Shown: one piece after another, positions 22,913 through 35,090 of the stretch
Layout of the letters: every line of letters begins with the position of its first letter
Numbering within the stretch: position 1 is the stretch's first letter
Assembly: GCA_964035575.1 (NCBI GenBank)
Contig: OZ037836.1
Coordinates: forward strand, 1,178,001 to 1,242,000
Length of the DNA: 64,000 nt
Direction: 5' to 3'
DNA from: Rhynchopus sp. YZ270_cl-10
Lineage: Eukaryota
Translations under genes and position numbers: made by a program
The notes under the pieces: generated by a model
Databases searched by the model: none
Seen by the model: only the letters and a program-made list of their open reading frames with translations
What the model was told of the DNA's origin: nothing

Positions 22913-24967
22913 TAGGGGTCCGTTTTAGGTCTCTGGCAGGCCGGGCCTTCTTTCTGTGGCCTTCCCAACCAAAAGACCCCCAAAAAACACAGGTACCTGC
23001 TGCGTTTAATGGCACTTTACCCCAGTCCCTGGAACAGATCGGCAAGCCGACCAGCCCAGGTATGCATGCCAACACTACTGGGGGTGCACTGTTCGATAGC
23101 ATAAAAGAAAAGTCAAAAAGTCAAAAAGACAAGAAGGTCAAACAAAATAGGTACTTCGAACAGGGCTGACAGGAGGGGATTCTCACCCGAGGTTCGGTGC
23201 CTGTCAGGCTGCGATTAGTGGTTCTGGGTGATTCCCTTCTTCCTAGCCACCGTTACCGCGTTGCCCGCACCGTAAGAGAGTGGGGACGGTTCACGACCGT
23301 TCGTACGCGTCAGCAAAAGTAGGGGTCGGAGTCCAGGCCCGAACCGGAAACATTAACCTCCGTTTTTCGAAACATTAAAAAGTAAAAATGAAAAAGAAAA
23401 ATCAACAGCAAGAGCAGTGTTGCTGTAAAAGAAACAGCAGCACCGTCAGCTAACATGTCCACACAATATGGCAGACGGCCACACAAAATTCCCCTGATTT
23501 GTACAGAGAAAGTTGTAACTTCTTCCTTACAAGTAAGGGAGTGCCGGCAGGGAAGGAGTTACAACAAACAGTGAACAAACTCAAGTACCAGCCTTTCCGC
23601 GTAGCACAGACCCTACATTTGGTAGTTGGTCTGCCCTACTGCCTCATCTGCACCGTAGCTGGACGCCACGACGACAACTCCTTCATCTATCAACGTACCA
23701 AAGCACGTGAAAATAGAACAAAAACAAACAGATTGGAAAAACAACAGAGCATGTACCTGCAGATCCACAGTTGTTTCACGTACAGTGCATACACCCTGAA
23801 AGCTTAACCTCTTCCTTCTAGCACGGACGTTGGTCTGCCCTACTGCCTCTTCTGCACCGTAGCTGAGCCACGGCGACAACTCCTTCATCTATCAACGTAC
23901 CAAAGCACGTGAAAATAGAACAAAAATAAACACAATGGAAAAACAGCAGAGCATGTACCTGCAGATCCACAGTTGTTTCACGTACAGTGCATACACCCTG
24001 AAAGCTTAACCTCTTCCTTCTAGCACAGACGTTGGTCTGCCCTACTGCCTCTTCTGCACCGTAGCTGAGCCACGGCGACAACTCCTTCATCTATCAACGT
24101 ACCAAAGCACGTGAAAATAGAACAAAAATAAACACATTGGAAAAACAGCAGAGCATGTACCTGCAGATCCACAGTTGTTTCACGTACAATGCATACACCC
24201 TGAAAGTTTAACCTCTTCCTTCTAGCACAGACGTTGGTCTGCCCTACTACTTCTTCTGCACCGTAGCTGAATGCCACGGCGACAACTTGTACCCACCTGC
24301 GAATGAATGTTCGCAGATCCCTTCTTCTACTAACGTATAAAAACGTAAAAACAGACCAAAAACTACAACATGCCACACTGAATTAACGACAGAGCACGCA
24401 CCTGCAGATCCACAGATGTTTCACTACGGTGTACACAGCCTGAGGTTAAACACATAACACAAGAATTCTACTACGGCAAAAAGATGAAAACTGAACTGAA
24501 CTGAACAAAACTACAACACATCACACTGAATACACAAGAGCACGTACCTGCTGATCCACAGTTGTTTCACATACAGTGTACGCACCAACAAAGCAACAAA
24601 ACGTTCCCATGCGGTCAAACGACAACACAGGAACAGCAACAATATTCCGTCACCAGTAGAGACACCGGCAACGCTTCCTTCTTGTACCTGGGATCCCCTC
24701 ATCGGCATCAACACACTCCCAGTCACCGCACAGGTAACAGATCCTTGAAACCCCTCGAAGGGGTTTGCGTAGCCTACATAAGCTGGTGATCTGCCCGAAA
24801 TTGACTGTGATGTTGTGTTAATAACCAGGGTCCCCACATCGGCTTGTTCCTCCTCCGGTCCCGAGCGAATCCATCATTGGAGAGGCGGCCGCCCACGCTG
24901 ACTCAGTACCATGCGAACACGGCGTCCAGGGGCCCCACTTGGCGGTTGGTCAGACGTTAATTGCCCC
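22913..24967 (-). mobile_element. Non-coding retroposed element (element C, SINE/SIDE-like)
   Basis: TSD CTTCTTCGTCTTCGTGAGG at 22894-22912 and 24968-24986; no TIR and no credible ORF; HDV-like fold at the minus-strand 5' end. Confidence 0.8.
23625..24290. repeat. 202-bp tandem repeat inside element C (~3.3 copies plus degenerate copies)
   Basis: Direct repeat units; a related solo unit lies at ~51560-51735. Confidence 0.9.
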
Positions 24968-24968
24968 C
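24895..24968 (-). ncRNA. Candidate HDV-like self-cleaving ribozyme at the 5' end of element C
   Basis: P1 GGGGGC/GCCCCU; P2 CUGAC/GUCAG (extendable); short P3 with L3 GCCAAGU; P1.1 CC/GG; P4 GCCGUG-UUCG-CAUGGU; J4/2 ACUGA. P3 is imperfect. Confidence 0.6.
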
Positions 24969-26680
24969 TTCTTCGTCTTCGTGAGGATGATTGTGTCACC
25001 AGCACTCAGCTGCGTCATGTCCGCTCCTTCTCCCATCGCTTCGTCTCTGAAACTCATGCAAAAGCCGTCTTCAGGCAACCCCATTGCAGTCGCCACCTTC
25101 CGCCGCAAGCCCTCCACTGTGTCATCTTCACCCACCTCGACTGTGTGCTGGTTCGTGTCGAAACCCTTGATGTTCAGGTCCATGTCTTTGTTGTGGTTTT
25201 GTGTTCTGATCTCTGTGTGTGGTGGTGGGGTGTGGAGGACAACAAGCCTGCAGTCCTTTTCAAGAACCAGGCCAAAGAAAAACTGTCAGGAGAAGAGCCC
25301 CTCTCCCCGACCCACAACCCCCGACTTCAGATCTCTCACCTCTCCACCCCCTCTCCCTGAACCAGCGCCCTTCACAGACGTTCCCTCCTCACGAAAGCAA
25401 ACCCACCTTCCCCTGCCCCTCTCACGCACCGTTACCTGCCCCGTTCTGCACAAGAAACCCGCACAGCCTCCACGCTGTCTCCACCCACCCCACGCAAGGA
25501 AGAACGCCAAAGGTGCTCTCGTGCTGCAACCACAGACAAGCTGAAGTGCCAGACAAATGCACGAAAGCACCCCACCGCCAGACACAGCTTCCCCTCCCAT
25601 CATCACCACAAACGATGGGTGCACCTCCCACACCCAAGGACAGCCATCCACCAACTAAGACTTCCGCACAAGCACCCCAACCACAGCAAAGCGCATCCTC
25701 CCCCCTGAGTCCCCCCAGTCACACCATCAAGTGAAAGCACGCCATCAGTGCATCAGAGCACACTCGCCTCCGTCATCACACCTCACACCTCTTCGTGCAA
25801 GCTACCAAGAAGACAGTGAAAGACCACGTGGTGTCAACGAGTTCAGAGTGATGAATTACAGAAAAAAAGGGGGGTTGGGCGGGGAGGTACGTTGTAATGA
25901 ATAAGACATGGGTTTTTGTGGGGATTCTTTTGCAGCACAGAGTAACATAATTGTATTTGCTTCTAAACTACTCTCACTAGATAGCACGATTTTGTCTTCA
26001 CAGGATCCTTAAAAGAGAGCAAATAGAAGGAGTACGTGAATATTATTCCAAAAAATTTATTTTTCCTTCCTTCAAAACTTCACACACAACGCTTTTTACA
26101 TCCGAGCATCTAATACTCTAGTCAAGCAAGAGACCACAAGAACTCATCACTAGGCTCCAGCAAGAACTTAATCTCTCACCTAGCTCAACCAAGAACTTCA
26201 CTCCAGCAGGACCCCCATACGAGACGTCACAAGAACTCGTCACCTGGCTCAACCAAGAACTTAATCTCTCACCAGGATCATCTAAGAACTGTACTCACGC
26301 AGGGTTACCAAGTATAAACTCATCAGTGTTCGCGGCACAGAAGAACAAACAAAGTGCAAACGGCACATAGAGAAACGATAAACATGAAACATATCCGAGC
26401 ATCAAATACTCGATCCCCACCAGAGACCATAAGAACTCATCACCCATGAAAGACTAGCCCCCTCGGCACTCAGTCTCACACCAGGCTCAACCAAGAACTT
26501 GACTCAAGCAGGACCACCAGGTACAAATTCATTAACACTCATGACACAGCTCAACGACTGTGTACTGACCAAGCAGGTTAGCCAACAAGGCATTAAAATT
26601 TTTGAAGAAGAAAGCAGGGAGTGGAGGGAGGGAAAGCTTTTTGAATAAAAAATGAACGAAGCACAAAAACAAGCGCGTGT

Positions 26681-28029
26681 TATACATAGCGCTCTAATTA
26701 GAGTATTAGGGTATAATTAGAGTCTGGGATTTTGGGCCAAGTCAGTTAGAGTCCAGTTAGAGTATAATTAGAGTCGCTTTTCTTCAATTAGACTATAATT
26801 AGAGTGCAGTTAGAGCATAATTAGACTCTAACTACACTCTAATTATAGTCTAATTAGAGTAAAACAACAGGCTTCTTGTAGGTGCAAACGCCGTAAGGAA
26901 CCGGTTCCCCTAAGGTTCCTCTGTAGGACCCAGGTGCCCAGATACCCACATAGCTGAAAATAAGACTTGGGGAACCGAGTTCTCAGCCGGACTGGGACAC
27001 AATATGTGAAGGCGCTGTGGTCCGCCTGAAAGCGGGTCGGGGACCCGGTCGCGGGAGGGTGGGGGCCTAGTCCTAGTCCTACTGTACCTAGTACCCAGTA
27101 CCGGGACTCCCGGCTTATTCTCAGCTATGGGTACCCAGGTACTCAGACCCGCGCAGTGGCACATGCCCTCAAGTGTGAGTGCCCCATACATTAGGGAATG
27201 CGATGCAAAAACTCTTCGTGCACCTCCGGTGCAACGCCGCAGACAGGCCAAGCAGCGTTGGACTCAGAGGAATGCCTGCTGTGCAGGTATCAAACATGAG
27301 AAACTCCCAGCAACAAGGGGCGCCTTTTGGCGGGCATTATTGAAGGTGTTTGGGGTGCAAAATTTTCTACAAATGTTGATGCGCGGGTACAGAAGTGGTG
27401 TCTTGTTCTTTCATCTGTAGGAATGTAAATATCAATCGAATTTAACTACCACTAAGGGGTCGAAGGGGTAATCCCAGTATCAAAGGCTATGTTGACGGGA
27501 AATCTATAGCGAGCATACGTTCATTTCAGCCGAAGAAATACTACTTATGAACCCAGGAGAGATCCAAGCCTCGCGTTGAACAACTACCCGCGATCGACAA
27601 TACCAAAGAGAATTCATAACAAAACAACACTGCCCCATACACACTAAATAGCCATGCTTCAAGTGCATGCCCCTGGGCCAAAATTCCTGTGCTAAAAAGG
27701 CAACAAGACCATCCACAAGGAGTGTGAATTGTGCACTGGTTTTCTGGGGGAACAAACAATATTTTCTTGTGTCTGGTTCTCTGCAAGCAGAGAACAGACT
27801 ATCTGGATTACAAAGTCGAATTTCTTGCACTAGCTATGCCCCCTGGGTTGATGGCTATAGCATTGATTGATGTGCCCCTCTTTATTGACCCTCTTATAGG
27901 ACTCTAATTAGACTCTAATTAGAGTCCAGTTAGAGTATTAGAGTTCAGTTAGAGTTTTAAAGACTCTAATTATACTCGAACTGCCGACTCTAATTATCTA
28001 GTTAGAGTCTAATTGGAGCGCTATGTATA
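26681..28029. mobile_element. MITE-like element, copy 1, 6-bp TSD
   Basis: TIR TATACATAGCGCTC(T/C)AATTAGA; subterminal TAATTAGAG arrays; TSD GCGTGT at 26675-26680 and 28030-28035. Confidence 0.92.
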
Positions 28030-29654
28030 GCGTGTGGAAGAAAAAAGAAAAGGGAAAATATTTTTTTCTGATTCACAGGAGGGTGTCTAAAAAGGTCAAA
28101 AATGGAAAAAATGGAAAAAAAGGTAGAAAAATTTGGGGTGTTTTTGACCAAAAAAAGAGTGAGGGGAGTTGGGTCCAGTCATAGGGGAGTATAGCAATTT
28201 TTAAAAAATTCTACCAAAAATGCACAGCATTTTTCAAGCACATAGGCAGATTTTCGCTTTTTTACAAAAAATTGAGGAAACCGAAATATCTCATTGTAGC
28301 TGTCCTCGAAAACGGCCTCAGAGGTCGGAGCCCAAAAAGGCCCGTTCTTCCTGCGGAAAGTAGTGCGCACACTGTACATATCTCCGAAGATGAACGGTTT
28401 CGGCTCGCAGAAACAAACTCAAACTACTTGTAGCTTGCGAGTCTCCGTGTTCTTGAAGTGTGGGGCGTAGAGGGAGAAGGCAGCGATCACATTGAAGTCG
28501 TCCATTAAGGATTCAATATTACCCGGAGGTCTGACTTCGGATACTGCCATCCAATGCCATCGCTTTGGGAGAGTGACTTGCCTTGCGTCATCGGATGACT
28601 CCAGGGCTTGCGCAAACTTTAAGGTTTCGGGACCGCTTGTGAAAAATAGGGCTCTGGTGCATGTTGAGGAAGAGGGGAGCCGGTCATCTCCGGAAGCGGT
28701 GTTGCTTTGTGAAGCCTCCCGCTGACCACCTGTGAAACCGCCTCAATCGCGTGATTCGTGATCGCTGTGATTGCTCCTTCGTGTCTGAGGAGTATTGGAG
28801 CACCCTCCGCTTGATGGCAGACGGCGTATGTCCTGGCGCAGACGCTTGGGGCCACACACCCTCGGTGCTACAGGATCTTGAGGGTTTGACGCACTGTTGG
28901 CTGCGTGCTCGGTGGGTCACAAGAAGGGGTTGAAGCTTGTAGACACCAGCACCGGCACGAGTCAAGTCACAAGGAGCTTAGGAGAACTGACGTGTGGTGG
29001 GGAAGGTTCCCTCCTACCGTCCGGACTTGGCGGTCTGCACCCCCATCCTCGTCAAGAATTGGCTAGAGCACATGGCACCCAGAGCAGTGACCGGTCCGAC
29101 GGTCGCACGTGAGCGTCGCTCCTCCGGAAGCTGGTGGCCCAAGTCCACACGGACTAGAGGCCGCCGATGAGCAGGAAACTGCAGGAGGGCATGCCACAAG
29201 GGCTAACGAAACCATGGTAATGGTCCTATGTTTTTATTTTTCCTTCCTTCAAAACTTCACACACAACGCTTTTTTGGTTTTTGGGAGACACACAAGGTGC
29301 CAGGTTCTATGGTAAGCACGGAACCACCCTGCACCTGTTTGTCATATTGTTTCCCGTGCAATACATGGAGAAACGTTTCGCACTCGAAACAAGGGTGGAA
29401 GAAAAAAGGAGAGGAAAATATTTTTTCAGCGTACGATCCCACTCCCACGGTGACACGGGGTCGTGGTCCAGTAAGGGTGCGCGTACGCTGTGGCGATAGG
29501 CTCCCGTCTCCTCCACAGTCTCTATCGCTCCGGCAAGCCAGCTGTCGCCTGCAGGTAGCTTAGTCGATATCGCAGCAGCTCTACCAGGGGAGTCCTCCAC
29601 CCGCATGAACTTCTCCAGGTCGTCCGCCGCTGCTGTTGTGGACAGAGAAGACAC

Positions 29655-30285
29655 AGTGGTGTCCCATGGTGTCCCCATCACACACTAGCCCACTCAACTT
29701 ATCTTTTTCTCATGCAGGTGCGTGCAGATCTCCTCCGCATTGTGCAAGTCCTCCTCCAAAACTTTTGTGCTTACAGGGCGGGCATCCGCACCCTCGCGAC
29801 AAGGGTGAACACCTTCTCGTCGTTGTGCGCCTTCCAGCCATCAACGTATACCGAGATGTGCAGGCTCTTTGCTAGGGCTGCTCTCACAGGAACCATGACC
29901 CTGTCATACTCAGCCTTAAGTACCCTGTTACCCATCTGGAACCCGCTGGGAATTTTTGACACATCAAATGCTGGCACCAAGCGCTTGATCAGCCAGGTTT
30001 TAGCGCACTCATTAGGGTACCGTACAGGAAACAAGTTAGCAGGAGAAACCAAGAAAAACCAGGCTAAATTGACCCCAGATGCACCAAAACTATGATTTTT
30101 GATACAGAAAAAAAAAATTCGAAAAATTCCCCCCACTTTTTTTACGTTTTTTTGTGCAGAACTGTCACCCGTTTTTTATTCGAGTTTTAAACGTTTAAAA
30201 CGTTTAAAACGTTTAAAACGCGTTTTAAATAATTTAAAACGTTTAAAACGTTTTAAACGTTTTAAACGCAAAATTAGGAACACTG
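29655..30285 (-). pseudogene. Degenerate hAT transposase N-terminal catalytic region with one terminus
   Basis: ISVYVDGWK (DxW motif), then across frameshifts EDLHNAEEI and GLVCDG. Terminus CAGTGTTCCTAATTTTGCG at 30285 with subterminal TTTAAAACG repeats (30185-30268). Confidence 0.7.
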
Positions 30286-31061
30286 GGGGGTCACCGGGAA
30301 AAATGGTTTATTGTTACTTTGTAACATTAAAAGGAAAAACGAGCCTTCCCAAAGACAAAGGGAAAAACGGGAGAAAAGGGAAAAACGGGAAATTTGAACA
30401 CCCTCCACAGTGGTGTTTATGTTTTGGGTACGGGGCGGAGAATAAAATCTGTTCGATAAAAGAAACGCAAGCTTTTTGTTTTATCTTGTTCAGGTGTCCG
30501 GACGAAAAAATATCTTTCAAAAATAAGAGCGAAATAGTAAAATGTAACACAGCAACTGCAGCGGAGTTCACAGTAATCTCGTGAACTCAAGATGGCTGAT
30601 GGCACTGCAGGGTTGCATGCATCCAGTTATTCCAGGCAGCCACAGGACTGGAAGATGCATGCAACAAAAATAGTAATATAAAACACGTATTGTCCTTTCA
30701 AGGAGAAACCGAAGAAATGTAGGGTGAAGACGAAAAGTAAAAATTGAATGAAACAGGCGAGACTGTCAAAACACATCAAGTTTGATCTCCCAAGGCCTCA
30801 ACTGCAGTCCTCATGACTTGCACGGCCGCATCAAGAGTGACAAGCTCTTCCTTATCGTTCGGGGCTTGTTCTTCTTGTTCCTCATCATCAGCGTCGGGTT
30901 CTTCGACTGCCGGAAATCCGTGTCTCAGCTTGCATTCAACAGCATATCTGCGTTCGATATCCTGATTCAGTGACAGCAGTGCGAGACGACCATGGCACTC
31001 AAGGGAGAGGGCACCTCTGTTAGTGGATAGCGCACTCTGAAAGGTAGGCGTGTCTCCGTCG

Positions 31062-31976
31062 TCATTGTGCGCGTCTCCGTCGCTTCTGGATTTGCTCGGG
31101 CGATTCGTCTCTGCTTCGTTTCGGACGTGCTTCAACCACAAGCTTCCTCAGCTTCTTGTCCTTCCTCACTTCGTTGGACACAACACTGCTGCAGCCGGAA
31201 AGGTAAATGCTCGTCAACGAAGTGCAGAAAGGAGCAAAGTCTGCAATATCTCCAAAACCGCTATCAATCTGCGTCACCTTGCTTAGTGGTGACAAATCCA
31301 GGGTCGTTAAGCTGCTGCAGTTGTAAAGGAAGCTCCCACCCACCTGCGTCACGTTCCTGAGTGGAGATAAATCGATGTCGGTTAAGCTCTCGCAGTAGGC
31401 AAGAAAGGCCTCACCAACATTCGTCACGTTGCTGAATGGTGACAACTCCAGGGTCGTTAAGCTGCTGCAGCTAGAAAGGAAGCCCACACCAACCTGCGTC
31501 ACTTTGCTCAACCCAGAGAGGTTGATACTTGTCAACGAGGTGCAGTTACACAGGAACCTGTCTCCAATGTGAGTCACAATGGACTCAGCACTGAGATCAA
31601 GTCTCGTCAACGAAGTACCTGACAAGAAGTAATTCGGAACGACAGTCGCAACCTCCGCCTGCAGAAACAAACACGCCACCTCAGGATCCTTCACACTCTT
31701 CAACTTCTCGGCTGTGATGTCGGTCACACCCAACGCATGAAGCTCTGCAATGGCTTGTTGCTTCTGCGTCTTCGTGAGGATGATTGTGTCACCAGCACTC
31801 AGCTGCGTCATGTCCGCTCCTTCTCCCATCGGTTCGTCTCCGAAACTCATGCAAAAGCTGTCTTCAGGCAACCCCATTGCAGTCGCCACCTTCCGCCGCA
31901 AGCCCTCCACTGTGTCATCTTCACCCACCTCGACTGTGTGCTGATTCGCTCTGAAATCCTCAAAGTGCACGTCCAT
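31062..31976 (-). CDS. UBL-LRR family copy 6 (304 aa)
   Basis: Intact ORF, MDVHFED N-terminus. Confidence 0.9.
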   Translation of the reverse strand: MDVHFEDFRANQHTVEVGEDDTVEGLRRKVATAMGLPEDSFCMSFGDEPMGEGADMTQLSAGDTIILTKTQKQQAIAELHALGVTDITAEKLKSVKDPEVACLFLQAEVATVVPNYFLSGTSLTRLDLSAESIVTHIGDRFLCNCTSLTSINLSGLSKVTQVGVGFLSSCSSLTTLELSPFSNVTNVGEAFLAYCESLTDIDLSPLRNVTQVGGSFLYNCSSLTTLDLSPLSKVTQIDSGFGDIADFAPFCTSLTSIYLSGCSSVVSNEVRKDKKLRKLVVEARPKRSRDESPEQIQKRRRRAQ

Positions 31977-32319
31977 TTGTTTGTTGTGGTTTTGTGTTCT
32001 GATCTCTGTTGTGTGGTGGTGGGGTGGAGGACAACAAGCCTGCAGTCCTTTTCAATGAAGGGGAGGGGTTCTTTGAGTGGTCAGCAAAGTGTGAAGAAAT
32101 AAAGTGGCTTTGAATGGGTGAAGCAAGACAGGCAAGTTGCCGGCTGCGTGCACATCACACAGGTGACAACACACTTTAGGCTAGTTGACGCCACGGGTCG
32201 GTTTAGGAAATTTGTCCACTTTTCTGGAAAATCGTGTCCCATACCCCCCCATACCGCCCTCAAATGCCCCCAAACCCTCCAAAACCCTCGCGAACCCTCG
32301 CATACCCTACCGTACCCAA

Positions 32320-32570
32320 CCATACCCTGCCGTACCCTCCCATACCGCACGTTTGCCTTTTTTTTGGGATAATCATGTCCCATACCGTGCCATGCCCTGC
32401 CATACCGTGCCAAACCCTGCCATACCGTGCCACACCCTGCCATACCCGTGCCATACCGTGCCATACCCTGCCATACCCGTGCCAACCCGTGCCATACCGT
32501 GCCATACCCTGCCATACCATGCCAAACCCTGCCATACCGTGCCAAACCGTGCCATACCCTGCCATACCCT
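32320..32570 (+). repeat. Degenerate ~10-bp minisatellite (GCCATACCCT/GCCATACCGT)
   Basis: Direct reading. Confidence 0.9.
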
Positions 32571-32599
32571 CCCGGTGCTGGGTACTGGGTACTGGGTAC

Positions 32600-33416
32600 T
32601 GGCTAATGGCTAATGGCTAATGGCTAATGGCTAATGGCTAATGGCTAATGGCTAATGGCTAATGGCTAATGGCTAATGGCTAATGGCTAATGGCTAATGG
32701 CTAATGGCTAATGGCTAATGGCTAATGGCTAATGGCTAATGGCTAATGGCTAATGGCTAATGGCTAATGGCTAATGGCTAATGGCTAATGGCTAATGGCT
32801 AATGGCTAATGGCTAATGGCTAATGGCTAATGGCTAATGGCTAATGGCTAATGGCTAATGGCTAATGGCTAATGGCTAATGGCTAATGGCTAATGGCTAA
32901 TGGCTAATGGCTAATGGCTAATGGCTAATGGCTAATGGCTAATGGCTAATGGCTAATGGCTAATGGCTAATGGCTAATGGCTAATGGCTAATGGCTAATG
33001 GCTAATGGCTAATGGCTAATGGCTAATGGCTAATGGCTAATGGCTAATGGCTAATGGCTAATGGCTAATGGCTAATGGCTAATGGCTAATGGCTAATGGC
33101 TAATGGCTAATGGCTAATGGCTAATGGCTAATGGCTAATGGCTAATGGCTAATGGCTAATGGCTAATGGCTAATGGCTAATGGCTAATGGCTAATGGCTA
33201 ATGGCTAATGGCTAATGGCTAATGGCTAATGGCTAATGGCTAATGGCTAATGGCTAATGGCTAATGGCTAATGGCTAATGGCTAATGGCTAATGGCTAAT
33301 GGCTAATGGCTAATGGCTAATGGCTAATGGCTAATGGCTAATGGCTAATGGCTAATGGCTAATGGCTAATGGCTAATGGCTAATGGCTAATGGCTAATGG
33401 CTAATGGCTAATGGCT
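32600..33416 (+). repeat. Satellite (TGGCTAA)n, ~116 units
   Basis: Perfect 7-bp repeat. Confidence 0.98.
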
Positions 33417-33478
33417 ACCCGTGCCATACTGTGCCAAACCCTGCCATACCATTTCTTTTCAATGGCCAGCTGTACTGT

Positions 33479-33772
33479 ACTGTGTATACTGTGTATACTG
33501 TGTATACTGTGTATACTGTGTATACTGTGTATACTGTGTATACTGTGTATACTGTGTATACTGTGTATACTGTGTATACTGTGTATACTGTGTATACTGT
33601 GTATACTGTGTATACTGTGTATACTGTGTATACTGTGTATACTGTGTATACTGTGTATACTGTGTATACTGTGTATACTGTGTATACTGTGTATACTGTG
33701 TATACTGTGTATACTGTGTATACTGTGTATACTGTGTATACTGTGTATACTGTGTATACTGTGTATACTGTG
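33479..33772 (-). repeat. Satellite (CACAGTATA)n on the minus strand, ~33 units
   Basis: Reverse complement of the 2730-3384 array. Confidence 0.98.
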
Positions 33773-34021
33773 TACTGCGAAAATTGACCAAAAACGAGAA
33801 CTTGTCCATTTCGGCGAATTGACCCCACCACTGTCCGACGGATTCCGGAAATGCAAATGCCGGCGTTTAAAAGCTCACCAGCGAAAAAAAAGAAATTTTT
33901 CCAACATCTGGAACCCCCCTTTACGGAGCGACAACCGGTAGAAACACGGGGAATCGGTTAAGGCGCCACACCATTGAAACAAACTTTTTCAATACCCTGC
34001 CATACCATGCCATACCCTCCC

Positions 34022-34451
34022 GGTACTGGGTACTGGGTACTGGGTACTGTGTACTGGGTACTGGGTACTGGGTACTGGGTACTGGGTACTGGGTACTGGG
34101 TACTGGGTACTGGGTACTGGGTACTGTGTACTGGGTACTGGGTACTGGGTACTGGGTACTGGGTACTGGGTACTGGGTACTGGGTACTGGGTACTGGGTA
34201 CTGGGTACTGGGTACTGGGTACTGGGTACTGGGTACTGGGTACTGGGTACTGGGTACTGGGTACTGGGTACTGGGTACTGGGTACTGGGTACTGGGTACT
34301 GGGTACTGGGTACTGGGTACTGGGTACTGGGTACTGGGTACTGGGTACTGGGTACTGGGTACTGGGTACTGGGTACTGGGTACTGGGTACTGGGTACTGG
34401 GTACTGGGTACTGGGTACTGGGTACTGGGTACTGGGTACTGGGTACTGGGT
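34022..34451 (+). repeat. Satellite (GGGTACT)n, ~61 units
   Basis: Direct reading. Confidence 0.98.
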
Positions 34452-34473
34452 AATGGCTAATGGCTAATGGCTA

Positions 34474-34730
34474 CCCGTGCCACACTGTGCCACACCCTGC
34501 CATACCGTGCCATACCCGTGCCACACTGCGCCATACCCGTGCCAAACCGTGCCACACCCTGCCACACCCGTGCCAAACCGTGCCAAACCGTGCCACACCC
34601 TGCCACATCCTGCCAAACCGTGCCATACCGTGCCACACCCGTGCCAAACCGTGCCACACCCTGCCATACCCTGCCACACCCGTGCCAAACCGTGCCATAC
34701 CCTGCCATACCCTACCATACCCTGCCCTAC
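34474..34730 (+). repeat. Degenerate GCCA(T/C/A)ACC(C/G)T minisatellite
   Basis: Same family as 32320-32570. Confidence 0.9.
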
Positions 34731-35090
34731 CCTTACTAACCCTCTCAAACCCCCCCAAATCTGCCCAAATCCTCTCAAACCCTCCCAAACCCAAATGTCC
34801 GTGACGTCAACTAGCCTACACTTGGCATTGTGTCACAAATCAAAGTAAACTAAAGACAGAAGGGAGGCAGAGAGAGGAGAACAGGTACGCTGCTCCATTC
34901 CCTGGCACACTGACTCACAAGGGACAGTGCGCTGAAGGATACAAATGAATTGTTTGGAACCAAGACTCATCTGGGAGCACATGGGGTTGGTTGGTGGGTT
35001 GGAGTAGAGCCATATTTCACCGACAGGTCGAGGTGTGTGTGTTTCACCACAACCTCTCCCTTTTGTCTTTATTGTTTTTATTGCTTTATT

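Larger units (their letters stand above)
22201..25183 (-). pseudogene. UBL-LRR family copy 5, disrupted by a 2-kb insertion
   Basis: UBL part at 24968-25183 and remainder at 22201-22912, with a 19-bp TSD. Confidence 0.9.

Noticed and set aside
23625..24290. CRISPR-like array in the 202-bp, 313-bp or 75-bp LRR repeats
   Set aside because: No unique spacers between constant repeats, and no cas genes.
32600..33416. (TGGCTAA)n or (GGGTACT)n as telomeres
   Set aside because: Internal arrays embedded in a composite cassette, with no chromosome end in view; not TTAGGG.
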